NCBI GenBank assembly: GCA_918797485.1
Contig: CAKKNE010000005.1
Coordinates: forward strand, 5,022,001-5,086,000
Length of the DNA stretch: 64,000 nt
Origin: Pelagomonas calceolata
Taxonomy: Eukaryota
Reading direction: 5' to 3'
Shown here: piece after piece, positions 19,701 through 30,043 of the stretch
Layout of the letters: every line of letters begins with the position of its first letter
Numbering within the stretch: the first letter of the stretch is position 1
The notes under the pieces: generated by a model
Database searches by the model: none
The model's input: only the letters and a program-made list of their open reading frames with translations
Told to the model about the DNA's origin: nothing
Translations under genes and position numbers: made by a program

Positions 19701-21894
19701 CGTGACGGACGGCGGGCCCGCGCGGCGCAAGTTCCTCGAGCGCCACGGCGTACCGGCGACCATTTCGGTGAAGGACGCCTACGCCTACGCCTTAGATGCG
19801 GCGGCGAGGGGCGACGGAGCATTCACGGATGCCGCCGATGAGTCTTACGACGAGCGCTGGTGGGCGCTCCTCGACCTGCTCCGCCGCGCCGTCGCAGCGG
19901 GCGATTCAAGCTTACTGGAAGACCCGCGCGCCTCGACGGTCATCCGCGTGCCGCTGGTCGAGGGCGAGGCGGCGCTCGCGGGCGACGTCAATCAGGCGAC
20001 GTTCCTCGGTGCCCCTGCGTTCCTCCCGCCTGATTTAGACGCTGCGATCGGTGCGCTCGTTGGCGATGGGCCGTCGACGGCCGCGGTCGCCACGCGGACG
20101 CCGACGGCCGGTCCGTACCCGGCGCGCGGCGCGGCCGTCGAGTGGGAGGCGCTGCTCGACGGCCTCGGCTGCCGGCGGCCGCGCCTCGACGAGCTCGGCT
20201 TCGAGGTCCGAGCCGCGGCCGGCGCCGCCCTCGCCAGCGCGTCCTTCTGGACGGCGCTGCGGCCCTTCGCCGCGGCGTACGTCGAACGGCGCCTCGACGA
20301 CGCGGAGACGCTCGCGTTTCTGCGGAGCCTACCGGCGAAGCGCGTCGACGGCGAGGTCAAGTGTCTGCGCGACCTGTTCCTGCGCGACGCCTTCTACCCG
20401 CTCTGCGGCGGTCTGCTGCCCTACGCGTTCGAGCGCGGCGACGGCGCCGACGGCTTCCCGAGCCTCGCGACGACGGGCGCGCAGGCGACGCGGTCCCTCG
20501 TCGCCAAGCTCGTGCGATCGGACCCGTCGGACGCCGCCGACGCGCGCGCGGCCCTGGAAGTGCTGGCCGGGGCGACGCGGAAGGACGGCGTCTTCCAGGC
20601 GGCGGCGGCGCTCTACGGCGTCGCCGCGATGAAGCTCGCGGCTGTGAACCAGCCGTGGGTGCTGGTGGAGGCCGACGACGAACTTCAGCTCGAGCTGCCG
20701 ACGAACTGCGTCTGGGACGACAACGAGCAGCTCTGCGAGCTGGCGCGCGCCAAGCGCCTGGCGCCCTTCTACGCGGGCTCGCGAGGCGCCGAGCAGGCGC
20801 TCGTCGCCGCGGGCGTCGAGCCCAAGCTCGGGAAATGTAGAGATTTCCTCGCGATCCTCGACGCACTCCGCGGGTCTGTCGTCGAGGCGTCGGACGCTGC
20901 TTCACTCTCGCGCGAGTGCTACCGGCGCCTCGCCGAGGCCTGCGTCGCGTCGACCGCGGACCGGGCCGCCTGCGCCAACTCCTTCGTCGCGCAGCGGCTC
21001 ATCCTCGTCCCGAAACCTGGTGGGGCGGTCCTGGTGGCGCTGCGGGCCGACGAGGCCTACTGGGACGTCTCCGCGCATTTACGGCATACCGCTCTCGACC
21101 ACTACGCGCTGTCGCACCACTTCGACGCGTCGCTACGGACGTTTTTTGTGGACGTGCTGGGCGTGAATCCCGAGCTTCTCGAGGAGCCGGCCGTGAGCAG
21201 CAACGGTCACACTATTCCGGGGACCGGCGAGCCGTCGACAATCCAAGATGGGTTGCGGTCCGCGGACCTGGCGGCGCCACCATCGACCGGCGCCGCCGGC
21301 GCCGCGCCGACGGAAGCTTTGGCGCGCGCGGCGCTGGCGCGCGTGGCCGAGGGCGACGCGGCGCATTTGCCGCCGTCTTTCCGGGCCCTACCCGCCTCGC
21401 TCGACGCGTTCGCCGCCGCGTGCCGATCCCTGGGCGTGAACCCGCGCGCGGTGGCCATCGCGGAGCCCGATCGGTGCGCATTTTTGCTGGACGGCTGCGT
21501 GATCCTCTCGGCCGGGCGCATGCGGCGCATCCGCCGCGACGACACGCCGTTTCTCGTTACGGAGCTCCTTCACGGCCTGGCCCACGCCGCGGAGGAGGAC
21601 CACGGTTCCGCACACGACGCGTGCCTCCAAGCGCTCCACGCCTACGCGTTTCCGCGTTTGGCCGGAGGACCGCCGCCGCCACCGGCCCCGGCGGTTCCGG
21701 CCGACGGTCCGTTCGGTCGCCAGCAGCCGCCCGCGCCGCCTCCCGCCATGGCACCGCGCGGGCCCCGGCCAGCCGAAGGCGATGCGTTCGGCCGGCCGCC
21801 GGCTCCGGCTCGCGCGCGGCCGCCGTGCCGCTTCTTCGCCCGCGGGCTGTGCCGCAACGGAGCCGCGTGCCGCTTTTCGCACGGCGACCTCTAG
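16777..21894 (+). CDS. Large multidomain protein: ankyrin repeats, SHOCT-like helix, sacsin/NO VEIN-like GHKL ATPase, degenerate HExxH-like domain, C-terminal CCCH zinc finger
   Basis: WTALHKAV and QTPLYCC; HFVHELVQNADDAKY...TTGSKGIGFKAVF; ELLHGLAH; CRFFARGLCRNGAACRFSH. Confidence 0.8.
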   Translation: MEGFERPPTRRGASRGGRIPFFERHRRENARSAGANLSAEDLQRRLLAIGNAAKARNPDGFVDELKRRVGPSDGDDDDLKTVAAPAAPPEPAASWFCLEPGTRLERALARGDTKAARLARAEATATLKRIAADGALTDAWCRSLVREGADVGAVFADVEAAAKMLDSPWTKDKFHCVGFLALAAPHAAAASIVEAVRRRGSASSSVSNIAKEVDATLKRRGLPEPRGWRMLMPQQDVSNDTEEWTALHKAVCDCDVARVREIIEAGNVYVDQWSSTGRQTPLYCCVHFGGGNPEIAKLLLEAGARRKLDELIDETTDELQALLRRYRVGDLSHDAQPDDPASPSERTTNEIKAWHDLLEKGAITEAHFQTAKTKIFSAFENYASGEALRATQKTLRAGARASELLKTLEKAAPEAAAKAETWTRAEAVARGDAAERARVEAEARAAKQRDALSARIADLETALARATQQAAAARQARAPEIEKAPADAAAQDVDDDTPRGVVEAIRRARLVDVDLSSCPAAVRAGARGLQASLAAAAERLAGDLYEHRAHFVHELVQNADDAKYASDAELELGLRGRWFYAASNQAPGFTRDDVVALCDINKSTKRLDEATTGSKGIGFKAVFAVADAVHVLSNDYQFGFDTARDGAIGLVSPRWLDDVNQLPRAALERFEAGATVVVLELNGDEDVRDAKAALEQLGGDEGRRTLLFARRLRKLSVRVDDDVRVLANVDAAYRVFRRGDAVVAFGETPARGWAHATLPICALPRSFGFSVNAPFDVVASRGALRTSAANVQLRQQISGAVLDACQDDELRAEIFDFLKPDDDDDNGDAFWGACRREIVDGLARGGVACVRCDDGELAPIDAVMRWPPEASALAAALRSFGDRRISVGGRRLARRAPAVAPEFSVEDLVEWLSVYDRVENDDAIFAALLTAEPHLWPCIRRLEIIDVGPGCHEALDNGLLVLGGDVAAPALNIFRVTDGGPARRKFLERHGVPATISVKDAYAYALDAAARGDGAFTDAADESYDERWWALLDLLRRAVAAGDSSLLEDPRASTVIRVPLVEGEAALAGDVNQATFLGAPAFLPPDLDAAIGALVGDGPSTAAVATRTPTAGPYPARGAAVEWEALLDGLGCRRPRLDELGFEVRAAAGAALASASFWTALRPFAAAYVERRLDDAETLAFLRSLPAKRVDGEVKCLRDLFLRDAFYPLCGGLLPYAFERGDGADGFPSLATTGAQATRSLVAKLVRSDPSDAADARAALEVLAGATRKDGVFQAAAALYGVAAMKLAAVNQPWVLVEADDELQLELPTNCVWDDNEQLCELARAKRLAPFYAGSRGAEQALVAAGVEPKLGKCRDFLAILDALRGSVVEASDAASLSRECYRRLAEACVASTADRAACANSFVAQRLILVPKPGGAVLVALRADEAYWDVSAHLRHTALDHYALSHHFDASLRTFFVDVLGVNPELLEEPAVSSNGHTIPGTGEPSTIQDGLRSADLAAPPSTGAAGAAPTEALARAALARVAEGDAAHLPPSFRALPASLDAFAAACRSLGVNPRAVAIAEPDRCAFLLDGCVILSAGRMRRIRRDDTPFLVTELLHGLAHAAEEDHGSAHDACLQALHAYAFPRLAGGPPPPPAPAVPADGPFGRQQPPAPPPAMAPRGPRPAEGDAFGRPPAPARARPPCRFFARGLCRNGAACRFSHGDL

Positions 21895-22214
21895 TGTAGT
21901 TGTTTTCTTATGTATATCGATGTTTCTCACGCCGCAGCTGACTAAGCAGGTTGCGGCAGGGCCCGGATTGGGGCTAGAAAGGGGGGGGATTGTGACCGAC
22001 CGCAGGATGGAATTCCTCGGCGCGGACGGCGCCCGCCCGGCGGGCGCCGCCGCGAGTCATAGAGCGCGGAGTCGGTGAGGGGAAAGTCGAGGGGAGGCGC
22101 GGCGGGGGGGCGGACGTAGGTGCCCCCCGCCGCGGCAGCGGTGCGCAGATAGGCGCAGAGCGTTCGATGTTCTTCTCGAGCAGGAACGGGACGATGGACT
22201 CGTCGAAAGTGGCC

Positions 22215-22982
22215 TCAGATGATATCGATCTGGGCGGCGGAGCACGTAGGGCTCCGGTCGTTGCGCGGTCTTTTAGGTTCTTTGCTAGCGTCGTGCGCCG
22301 AGTCGCTGGCGTCATCCGCCGGGCGCTTCGGCGCCGGCGCCGGCGCCGCGGCGGCCGCCGCCGCGGCCAACCCCAATAAGGCGTCGGCGGCCGACGCGTC
22401 GGGCGGCTTGGGCTTCGGTTGTGGAGGGCGCCGCTTCTCGCGGACGACGCGCCACAACCTATCGGGATCGTCTCTGGTAAAGTGAGGGTGCACGAACCGG
22501 GCCGTCCGCGCGTGGTCCGGCGCCACGGCCCGCGACGTGCCGTTGAGCATGCGGAAACTGTAGAGGTTCATCATCCTGGTAAAGGACGTCCAGTTGCGGT
22601 GCCGGAAGTAGACGGGGCAGACCTCGGCCGCGAAGGCGCGCGGGTCCGAGACGCGCAAGACGTTCCCGCAGCTCTCCCAGGACACGAGCGTCCCGGGCCG
22701 GTCGGCGAGCTCGTGGAGCTGGCGCACGAAGGGCGCGACCCACCTCGCTTGCGCTCTAGCTGCCGGACCACCGCGCGGAGGCCGCGGCGCCGCCGCGCGC
22801 GTCGGCGGCGGCACGGGCAGCGGGACGAAGCCCGGCGGCGCCAGGCCCGGCCGCGGCTGCTGGAGGACGGCGACCTGGCCGTCGGGCAGGGCCACGATCG
22901 TGCCCGGGGGCAACAAGTGAGGGTGCACCGGACCTGATGGTGCACCGCCCGCCGCGGCGGCCCGCGGCGCCGGCGAGGCCAT
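22215..22982 (-). CDS. Heat-shock-factor (HSF) DNA-binding domain protein
   Basis: PFVRQLHEL...VSWESCG...FAAEVCPVYFRHRNWTSFTRMMNLYSF...FVHPHFTRD. Confidence 0.88.
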   Translation of the reverse strand: MASPAPRAAAAGGAPSGPVHPHLLPPGTIVALPDGQVAVLQQPRPGLAPPGFVPLPVPPPTRAAAPRPPRGGPAARAQARWVAPFVRQLHELADRPGTLVSWESCGNVLRVSDPRAFAAEVCPVYFRHRNWTSFTRMMNLYSFRMLNGTSRAVAPDHARTARFVHPHFTRDDPDRLWRVVREKRRPPQPKPKPPDASAADALLGLAAAAAAAAPAPAPKRPADDASDSAHDASKEPKRPRNDRSPTCSAAQIDII

Positions 22983-23324
22983 CCTATTGAGAAAGATGGG
23001 TTCCGGGCAGCGCCCGCCTCGCCGTCAGACTCGCGTTCCCCGCCGCGGCGCCCCGCGAATGTCACCTCGCACTCCTTGAGGCATTTCTCCCATCAGAGTG
23101 ACTCCACGTGCGGCGTTGGAGTGGTATCGGGGCCGCGCGGAGCGGTCCCGAGGGCCTCGGGGACGAACGCGCGATTTTGGGTGGCTTGTGTGTCGCCGCG
23201 CGGCGCGCGCCGGCTCCTTCCTAGGAGTAGTACGGACGCCGCATGCCACGTGGCCGAGGCCAGTCTCGCCGCGGGCCTGAGAACCCAAAATACGCGGCCA
23301 CTACTACTAAACCCCAACCCTTAC

Positions 23325-25268
23325 TCAGCCGAACTTCGGGAAGTCCCTGATCAATTGCGCCGCCCGGTCTTGCGCACAGCCCTTGACCTTCGACATGGGT
23401 AAAGGATGGAGGTTGTTGATGGGCTTGCCCGCCTCCTTGAGCCACTCGTCCTGGGCCTTCTTGCGCGCCGCTTTGCTGCCCTTGGCGGCGCCGGGGCCTT
23501 CCGACAACTCCTCCAGTTTAGAAGCTCTTTTCTTCTCGGCCTCCGCCCGAATGGCCGACTCGTACTGCCTTGCTGCACTCTTCTTGATGAACGATCGAGC
23601 GGGAACCAACTCCGAGGGGTCGCCCGGCGCCAGCCCGTCGTCGGCCTCGTCCTCGTCGACGGCCGTCAAGAAGACACTTTCCTTGACGGACTTCTCGTTC
23701 TCCTTCTGCTCCTCCGACTTGATGCGCAAGTTGTTGCCCGGGGCGAGCGAGACGTTCATCTCATCAACACTGGGATCCTCGAGCACCAGCGCGCCTTCCG
23801 TTTCTTTATCACCACCTCCTAACAACTCAATCATCTTCACGAGCATGGCTTCGGACAGCACCAGAGCTTCGGCCGTCTCGATCGTCTTTGGGTCGGGCGC
23901 GCCTTTTTTGACTAGATCAGGTTGGTCCTCCAGTAAGTTAAAGTAAGGTATCAACCTTTCATACAAACCAACCGCTCCCGTCCTCAAGCCAATCAGCGTG
24001 CCTTCCAGTCTTTCACAATCCTGCGTTGTGGTCTTCAGCTCTGCTCTAGCTGTATCAATGTCCTTTTCCAAGTCATCGGCCACGTCGCGATTCATCTCCG
24101 TCGTCCCGATGCCCGACGCCCGCAACTCGGAGAATCTTTTTTCAAGTTTCTCCCTCATTTGTTTGGCTCCAGCTAGTCTCGAGTCCGCATCCCTCTTCTC
24201 CAAGACTAACTGCTTCTTGTTCTCCTTCTGCTTCTTGATCTTTTCCACAACTTCCGCCAGTGAATTGACACCGGTCACTTTCCGCACTTCACTAAAATCT
24301 TCGTCGAGCTGGTTAAACTCCTTTTCTAGCGCGTCATGGGCCTTCCTCAGTCCTTTCAGCTCCTCCTTCTTCGCATTCAACTTGTCCATGAGCTTCTGCT
24401 CGCCCTCCTCCGTCAGGTCGCCGGCCATCTCGGCGTTGAACAGGGCCCGTTCCCGCTTCCGTTCGGCGTCCCACCCTTTCATCTTCGCGGCTTGTTCTTT
24501 TTCGGCTTCTCTTTGCATGAGACTACGTTTCATTTCATCCCCTTCGACCTCCATCTCGTACTGCTTCTCGTGGACCTGTACAAGTAACCCTTGGACCGCC
24601 GCTTCGATCTGCCTCGTCATCGCGACCATGTCCGCGTGTTCTCTGATTGCGGCATCTCTAGCTTCCTGCAAGTGTCCTAAGTGGCAATCATATTTAATTT
24701 GCGTCTTTTCCAGTCGTTCTTTCACGTGTTCCAATTGCCTTTTGTAGTGGCACTCCCGATCCAATTTGTCCTGTACGACTTGGATCTTCGCGAGCAGCTC
24801 ATTGATCGTGACAGAGTAGGGGTTCTCGGGTCGCAGCATGTCCTCGACACCATCATTCTGCGCTTTTAAATCCCGCAACACGTCCAACCTTTTCTTAAGC
24901 TCCAGCGCCTTGATGTCGCACTGCGTCCTTATCTCATTAAATTTTTTGGCCGCGAAATTGACGCCCCACTCCATCATGTCTAGAGGGGTGACCCCTTTGA
25001 AGCCCGACCCGCCCTTCGCCGCTTTGGTGGACGCGTCGACGTTCGTGACGTTGAAGGCCTGGCCGAACTCGTGGGGCACGCGCGGCATCTCATTGTAGCC
25101 GGGAGCTAGTCGTCGCACGGCTTCCTGGAGCTCCTGCTTGTTGAACGTCGGCTTCTTGATGGGCTTGCCGAAGCGATCGAGCGGCGTCAGCTGCTGCTTC
25201 TTCTTCTTCTTTTTGAGCTTCGCGAGCTGGCTCGGCTTCTTCTCGACGACCGCGAGTTCCTGGGCCAT
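23325..25268 (-). CDS. Long coiled-coil protein, possibly an outer-dynein-arm docking complex subunit
   Basis: 647-aa E/K-rich helical ORF containing VRKVTGVNSLAEVVEK; family assignment is tentative. Confidence 0.65.
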   Translation of the reverse strand: MAQELAVVEKKPSQLAKLKKKKKKQQLTPLDRFGKPIKKPTFNKQELQEAVRRLAPGYNEMPRVPHEFGQAFNVTNVDASTKAAKGGSGFKGVTPLDMMEWGVNFAAKKFNEIRTQCDIKALELKKRLDVLRDLKAQNDGVEDMLRPENPYSVTINELLAKIQVVQDKLDRECHYKRQLEHVKERLEKTQIKYDCHLGHLQEARDAAIREHADMVAMTRQIEAAVQGLLVQVHEKQYEMEVEGDEMKRSLMQREAEKEQAAKMKGWDAERKRERALFNAEMAGDLTEEGEQKLMDKLNAKKEELKGLRKAHDALEKEFNQLDEDFSEVRKVTGVNSLAEVVEKIKKQKENKKQLVLEKRDADSRLAGAKQMREKLEKRFSELRASGIGTTEMNRDVADDLEKDIDTARAELKTTTQDCERLEGTLIGLRTGAVGLYERLIPYFNLLEDQPDLVKKGAPDPKTIETAEALVLSEAMLVKMIELLGGGDKETEGALVLEDPSVDEMNVSLAPGNNLRIKSEEQKENEKSVKESVFLTAVDEDEADDGLAPGDPSELVPARSFIKKSAARQYESAIRAEAEKKRASKLEELSEGPGAAKGSKAARKKAQDEWLKEAGKPINNLHPLPMSKVKGCAQDRAAQLIRDFPKFG

Positions 25269-25564
25269 GGTGGCGGGTGCTCCCGGCTAGGCCGGGCTCT
25301 GGGGGAGATAGGCTTGGGTGCTGCCCGCTGCGCGTCGCGTGCAGCCCGGTGGTCCGGTTCGGCGGGAGAAGTCGTTAAATAGCTGCCTCGCGGGCCCTGC
25401 TCCTCTCGCGGCGGCGCGCGGCCCGCCTTAGTGCGCTGAGGGCCAAGTTTGCTTGCCGCGTTAGGCTAGTAGGGCCTCTCCCCGGCGTGCTTTGCGGCCG
25501 CCTTCGAGCCCTCGGCGTGCGTGCGCATACCTCTAGTCCCCCGAGGAAAGCTCTGGGGAAAGGT

Positions 25565-25590
25565 GCTAGCGGCTCTAAGACACTAGCAAG
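25565..25590 (-). promoter_or_regulatory. Copy of the recurrent intergenic motif in a divergent promoter
   Basis: Reverse complement is cttgctagtgtcttagagccgctagc. Confidence 0.6.
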
Positions 25591-25785
25591 CACTGAGAGG
25601 AGAAGAGGGGGACGAGCGCTACGTGCGCTGCGCGCGCACGGCTGGTGTAGCCTCAGAGCAGCAGCGACTCGTGCTGGACGCAACGCCGCGCCCGAGCGCT
25701 GGCTTGTGCGACCGCTAAGTCTCAGTTTCTTGCAGCCAAGCAGACGCCGCGCGCGGCGGCGCAGCGGTGCGCAGCCCAAGAAACG

Positions 25786-28257
25786 ATGGCGGACCTGCGC
25801 CGCCGATTAGTGGCCTTCTACCAGCGCCACAACCCGACGAACCTGGCCCAGATCGACGCCATCCTGACGGCCTGGGGCCACAACGAGTCGGAACTGTGGC
25901 GCCAGATGGCCGCCAAGTACGGCCAGCGCGCCGTCGACGACGCGGCCGCGGCGTGGCGCGCGCCGCCGGCGACCGGCTTCTCGGCGCCAGACCCTCGAAT
26001 CGCCGCGGCGAAGCGGGTCGCCGCCGCCGCGAGCGCCGCGCCGCCGACCGTGCTCCGGCCGATCGCGCCGCCCGCCTTCGGCGCGGGCTTCGCCGCCGCG
26101 CCGCGGCCCTTCGCGGGCCGCGGCTTCGGCCCGGCGCCCCCGTACGCGCCGCCGCCACAACCGTACGCGCCGCCGCGACCGTACGCGCCGCCGCGCCCGG
26201 CCGCGCCACCACCACCCTGGGACCTGCTCGCCGAGGTCTGCGCCGTCGCGGCGCTGCCGCGCGAGGCTTCCGAGCGCGGGGACAACGTCGACGCCATCGA
26301 GAAAGTGCAGGAGGAGCGCCACGGGACTGCGACGCACGAGGCCTGCTGCGCGCGGCGCTGCCTCCAAAAATTGTCAGAGGCCGGCAAGGCCTTCACGCGC
26401 CAGAGCGGCGGGTTTTTGAAGGCGCTGCGCGGGGGCGCGCCCCTCGTGGCGTCCGTCGGCGGCGCGTCTGGGAGTGCCGACACGACCTTCGTGTTAGTGG
26501 ACCGAATGTTGTTGCTGAGCCTGCGGGCGTCGCTGAACTTGGTCCCGGCGCCGGCGTCGACGGCCCACGCGGCCGGCGCCACGGCCGTCGCGGCCTTCGC
26601 CGCGCAGATCCAGCGCGCGGCGCCGTGGCGCGCGGCCGTCGCCGTCGCGGCGGCGCGGCCCGCGGCGGCGGGACCCAGCGCCGACGACGCCGCGCGGGCC
26701 CTGCGGCGCGACCTCAAGGACGCGAAGCACAGAGCCAAGCGCGAGACGGGCGACGCGATCGCCGCGCTGCGCCGCCTCACCGCGCGGCGGGTCCCGGGTT
26801 TGAATGACCCCTGGGCCTTACCCCGGGTCACGAACGAGTTCTTCGACGCGCTCTCGGCCATCAACCCCGACGGCTGCAGCGACGGCCGGAAGCTCTCGGA
26901 GACGCCCGACGGCGACGCGCTCGCGGCGCTGCTGGACGTGCTCCGCTTCGCGGCCGGCCTCGACGCGCTGTCGCAGAAGCAGCAGGCGCGTCGTCCCGCG
27001 CGCTAGTTACTTTCGGGGGGGCGGGGGGTCCGTCGGCCCGCGCCGCCGGGGGTCGGCACCAGTCCTGGTGTCGGGCCCGGCGGAGGGACTCGTCCGCTCG
27101 TTTCGATCGACTGGGCCCTCTTGAGAGAGACTCGGGACCGGACGGCGGAGGGACTCGTGGCATCTACGGTCGTCGGTCGTGCGGCCGGAGGCAATCCGTC
27201 GCGGAAGCGTCGTCGGCGTGTGCAACCGCCCGATTCTGCGCCCGCACGCGCGCGTCGAAAACCGTCGCAGGAACCCGTCGAGCGTCGCGCCTCGCAGGCC
27301 CGCGTCCGGGAGTGGACGGGGAGCGTCGGTGCCGTCGTCGAACGGGCCGCCGAGCTCTCCGGCGGCTTCCAGCGGCGCAGGGGCGACGCATCGGGCGGCG
27401 GCGCGCGCGCGGAGACCGAGCCGAAGCCGCCAGTCGCCGAGGACTGGGGCTCCGCGCGCCTCGGCATGTCGGCCGCGGCGCCGGCGGGCGTAGCCACCGA
27501 GAAGCGGCCCGCGGCGGCGCCCGAGGCCGTCGCCGCGCCGGAGGAAACTCAAAAGAGACGCCGCGTCGCGGGCCGCCTCGTGGCGTACGACGACGAGGGC
27601 CACCGGCCCAAGGCCTGGCGCCGCGACCTGTCGCCCAAAAAGCCGGCGACGCGACGGGCGTCCAAGGGCGCGCGCGTCGCCTTCGCGGACGGGTCCAAGC
27701 CCGTCGCTGTTGATACGCCGGCGCCCGTCGCGGATCCGCAGCGCCAGGCGCAGCAGCGGCGGCTCTTAGGAAGGCGCATGGATCGCGCGATCTGGGACGC
27801 GTTCCGGAGCCGCGAGTTCGCGCCCATCGAGGCCTTGTTGGCGCACGGCGCCGACGCCGGGTATGTCAGGACCGAGGGCGGCGGCGAGACGGCGCTCATG
27901 GCCGCCGCGTACCACGGGCGCGAAGAGATCTGCCGAGCTTTATTGTCGCGGGGCGCGGACCCGCGCAAACAGGACAAGCGGGGCCACGACGCCGCGGCGC
28001 TGGCCCGCGTCAAGGGCAACGCGACGCTCGCGACGCTGCTGGACGGCGTCTGCCTCGAGCCCGTGGCCGCGCCGCCGCGCGCGGCGACACCCCCGCCCCC
28101 GGAAGCGCCTGCGGCGGCCAAGTCGCCGAAGCAGCGCGGCGACGACGTCCACCCGCGGCTTCTCAAGAAAAACGGCATGGACGACGACGACGACGCGGCC
28201 GACGACGAGGAGGCCATCTCGCGGAGCGTGGCTTTGCCCGAGGCGGAGAGTGGGTAA
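25786..28257 (+). CDS. Hypothetical protein with C-terminal ankyrin repeats; two ORFs probably joined by a GC-AG intron (26986-27270)
   Basis: ORFs 25786..27006 and 27121..28257 share a frame; CAG|GCGCGT...CCGTCGCAG|GAA; ankyrin GETALMAAAYHGREEICRALLSRGAD. Confidence 0.55.
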
Positions 28258-28340
28258 TAAGTATTGTGTGACCTTGTTGTTGGGCTGCGGCGACGCATTC
28301 GGCACCGAACTCTCCAGCGAAGCCACCAAAGCGCGTTTAT

Positions 28341-28361
28341 AAGTGTGTTTCAACCGCTAGC
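28341..28361 (+). promoter_or_regulatory. Degenerate copy of the recurrent intergenic motif
   Basis: aagtgtgtttcaaccgctagc matches tagtgtcttacagccgctagc at 17/21 positions; upstream of the F-box gene. Confidence 0.35.
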
Positions 28362-28535
28362 TCGAAAAATATTGCAGAGGTCGAGAATTAGGTCGAGCAG
28401 GTAGAGCGCCACCCTGCGCGCACACAATTATATTGCTTGGCCTTTACAGACCGGCCTGCGAGCGCTGCGCGATCCAGTTTCTCCCAGCTCTTGGCACCGT
28501 AACACCAGTGACTGCTGCACAACCAGGGCGCAGTG

Positions 28536-29885
28536 ATGCCTAAGCTCGACGAATTGCCCGTCGAGCTGCTCGCGCACGTCGCGTTATTCACGAACAGGCG
28601 CAACGACAATAGGTCGTATGATCCCCTTGACCTAAGCGAGCTGCTCGCGCTGCGATGCGCGTCACGTTCCTGCAAGGGCGCCGTCCGTCGGGCCGCGAAG
28701 CAGCACAGAGCTGCAAGGTCTTTCTCCTTTCAACGCTCGAGTGCTCAGAAAATCGCGGCCATCGGACACGTCTTTGGCAGCGGCTGTCGGTCACTTAGTT
28801 TTGGAACGGTCCAGTCCGACCAAGCCTACGAAGCGCGCAAGTCGCTTCAAAACTTTGTGACGAGCACTAACGGTCAGCTGCGGCACTTGTCATACAGTGG
28901 TGCGTCCTCTCAATATTTTTCTATGCCCGAGCTCCTGGAACTGTGCCGCGCGTGTCCGTTGCTGAGGAGCTTGTTTGTGCACGGGTCGCCTACCGGTGTT
29001 ATCACTGCTGCTAATTTAGACGAATTCGCATCGGCAGTGAGTAGAGCTTGCCCACGGCTCCATTGTGTTTATCTCCCACGCCACCGGTCCCCGGCCGAAG
29101 ACTACCAATGGCATTTCCCAAGGTTAGAATGTCTTAATTTCCTGCGCGCCGGATCCGCCTCAGCGTTCCGCTGGGACGGCGTCGAAGCTACCCTCCGCAC
29201 CTGTGTGCATGCGACAGAGGTGGATCTTACCAATGTAACCGTGTCGCCACGATTAGTGGACTTGATTCTGGCGGCGCCTGCGGCTGGCCGGCTGAAGCGC
29301 CTAGACATAAATGAAGCCACGGTTTCGCCTGAATTGATCCTGCGATTTGCTGGAGGTTTGGAAGCGTTGTCTGACTTGCAGTTTCCCCACGAATTCGATG
29401 GTGGGCGCGCGTTTTATAGCTCACTGGTGCAAGCGCGGCCCTCGATAGCGAAGCTTGGCCTTGGGTTAAGCAACGAACTAGACGATGATGCACTGCGAAT
29501 CATATGCAACGGCTTGCGTTTGGAGCATCTGGAGCTCACGTGCGTTGAGAATTTGACTGATCGTGCCATCAACATAATTCTGGAGAGCCCTTGTGCGGAG
29601 ACCCTGCGCTCGATCGAGATTTCCTATGACCCTCAATTCTCTTCTGAAGACGTGTTACGGCTAGTCCGCGGCTGCCCCGAGCTCGCCGAGCTCAATTGGG
29701 AAGTATCGGAGGATGCTCAGTTATTGGTCCAAAACGCGGTGGCAGCGGCTATTTGGGGACGTGTTGGACACGTCGACGGCCCGAACGTCGACGCGATTAA
29801 CGCTCTGCTCGAGAGCCGCGGAGGTAAAGCTACACGTGTCCCGGTCTTGCAAGAAGACGGTTCATGGCGGAAGTGGCCTAGCTAG
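28536..29885 (+). CDS. F-box-like / leucine-rich-repeat protein
   Basis: MPKLDELPVELLAHVA; LRR units LCRACPLLRSL and LVRGCPELAEL. Confidence 0.8.
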   Translation: MPKLDELPVELLAHVALFTNRRNDNRSYDPLDLSELLALRCASRSCKGAVRRAAKQHRAARSFSFQRSSAQKIAAIGHVFGSGCRSLSFGTVQSDQAYEARKSLQNFVTSTNGQLRHLSYSGASSQYFSMPELLELCRACPLLRSLFVHGSPTGVITAANLDEFASAVSRACPRLHCVYLPRHRSPAEDYQWHFPRLECLNFLRAGSASAFRWDGVEATLRTCVHATEVDLTNVTVSPRLVDLILAAPAAGRLKRLDINEATVSPELILRFAGGLEALSDLQFPHEFDGGRAFYSSLVQARPSIAKLGLGLSNELDDDALRIICNGLRLEHLELTCVENLTDRAINIILESPCAETLRSIEISYDPQFSSEDVLRLVRGCPELAELNWEVSEDAQLLVQNAVAAAIWGRVGHVDGPNVDAINALLESRGGKATRVPVLQEDGSWRKWPS

Positions 29886-30043
29886 CTAGCTGCTTTTTAA
29901 TCCAGTAAGTATGTGCAATGTACGTATTGTTACGGTGCTAGGCAATGCCAGGAAATAGCTAGTAGGTCTGTGACAATAGCAGACTGAGCTCCAGCAGGCA
30001 CCTGCTGCATAGTTACACGCTTGCTCGGATCAATGCCAGTGTC

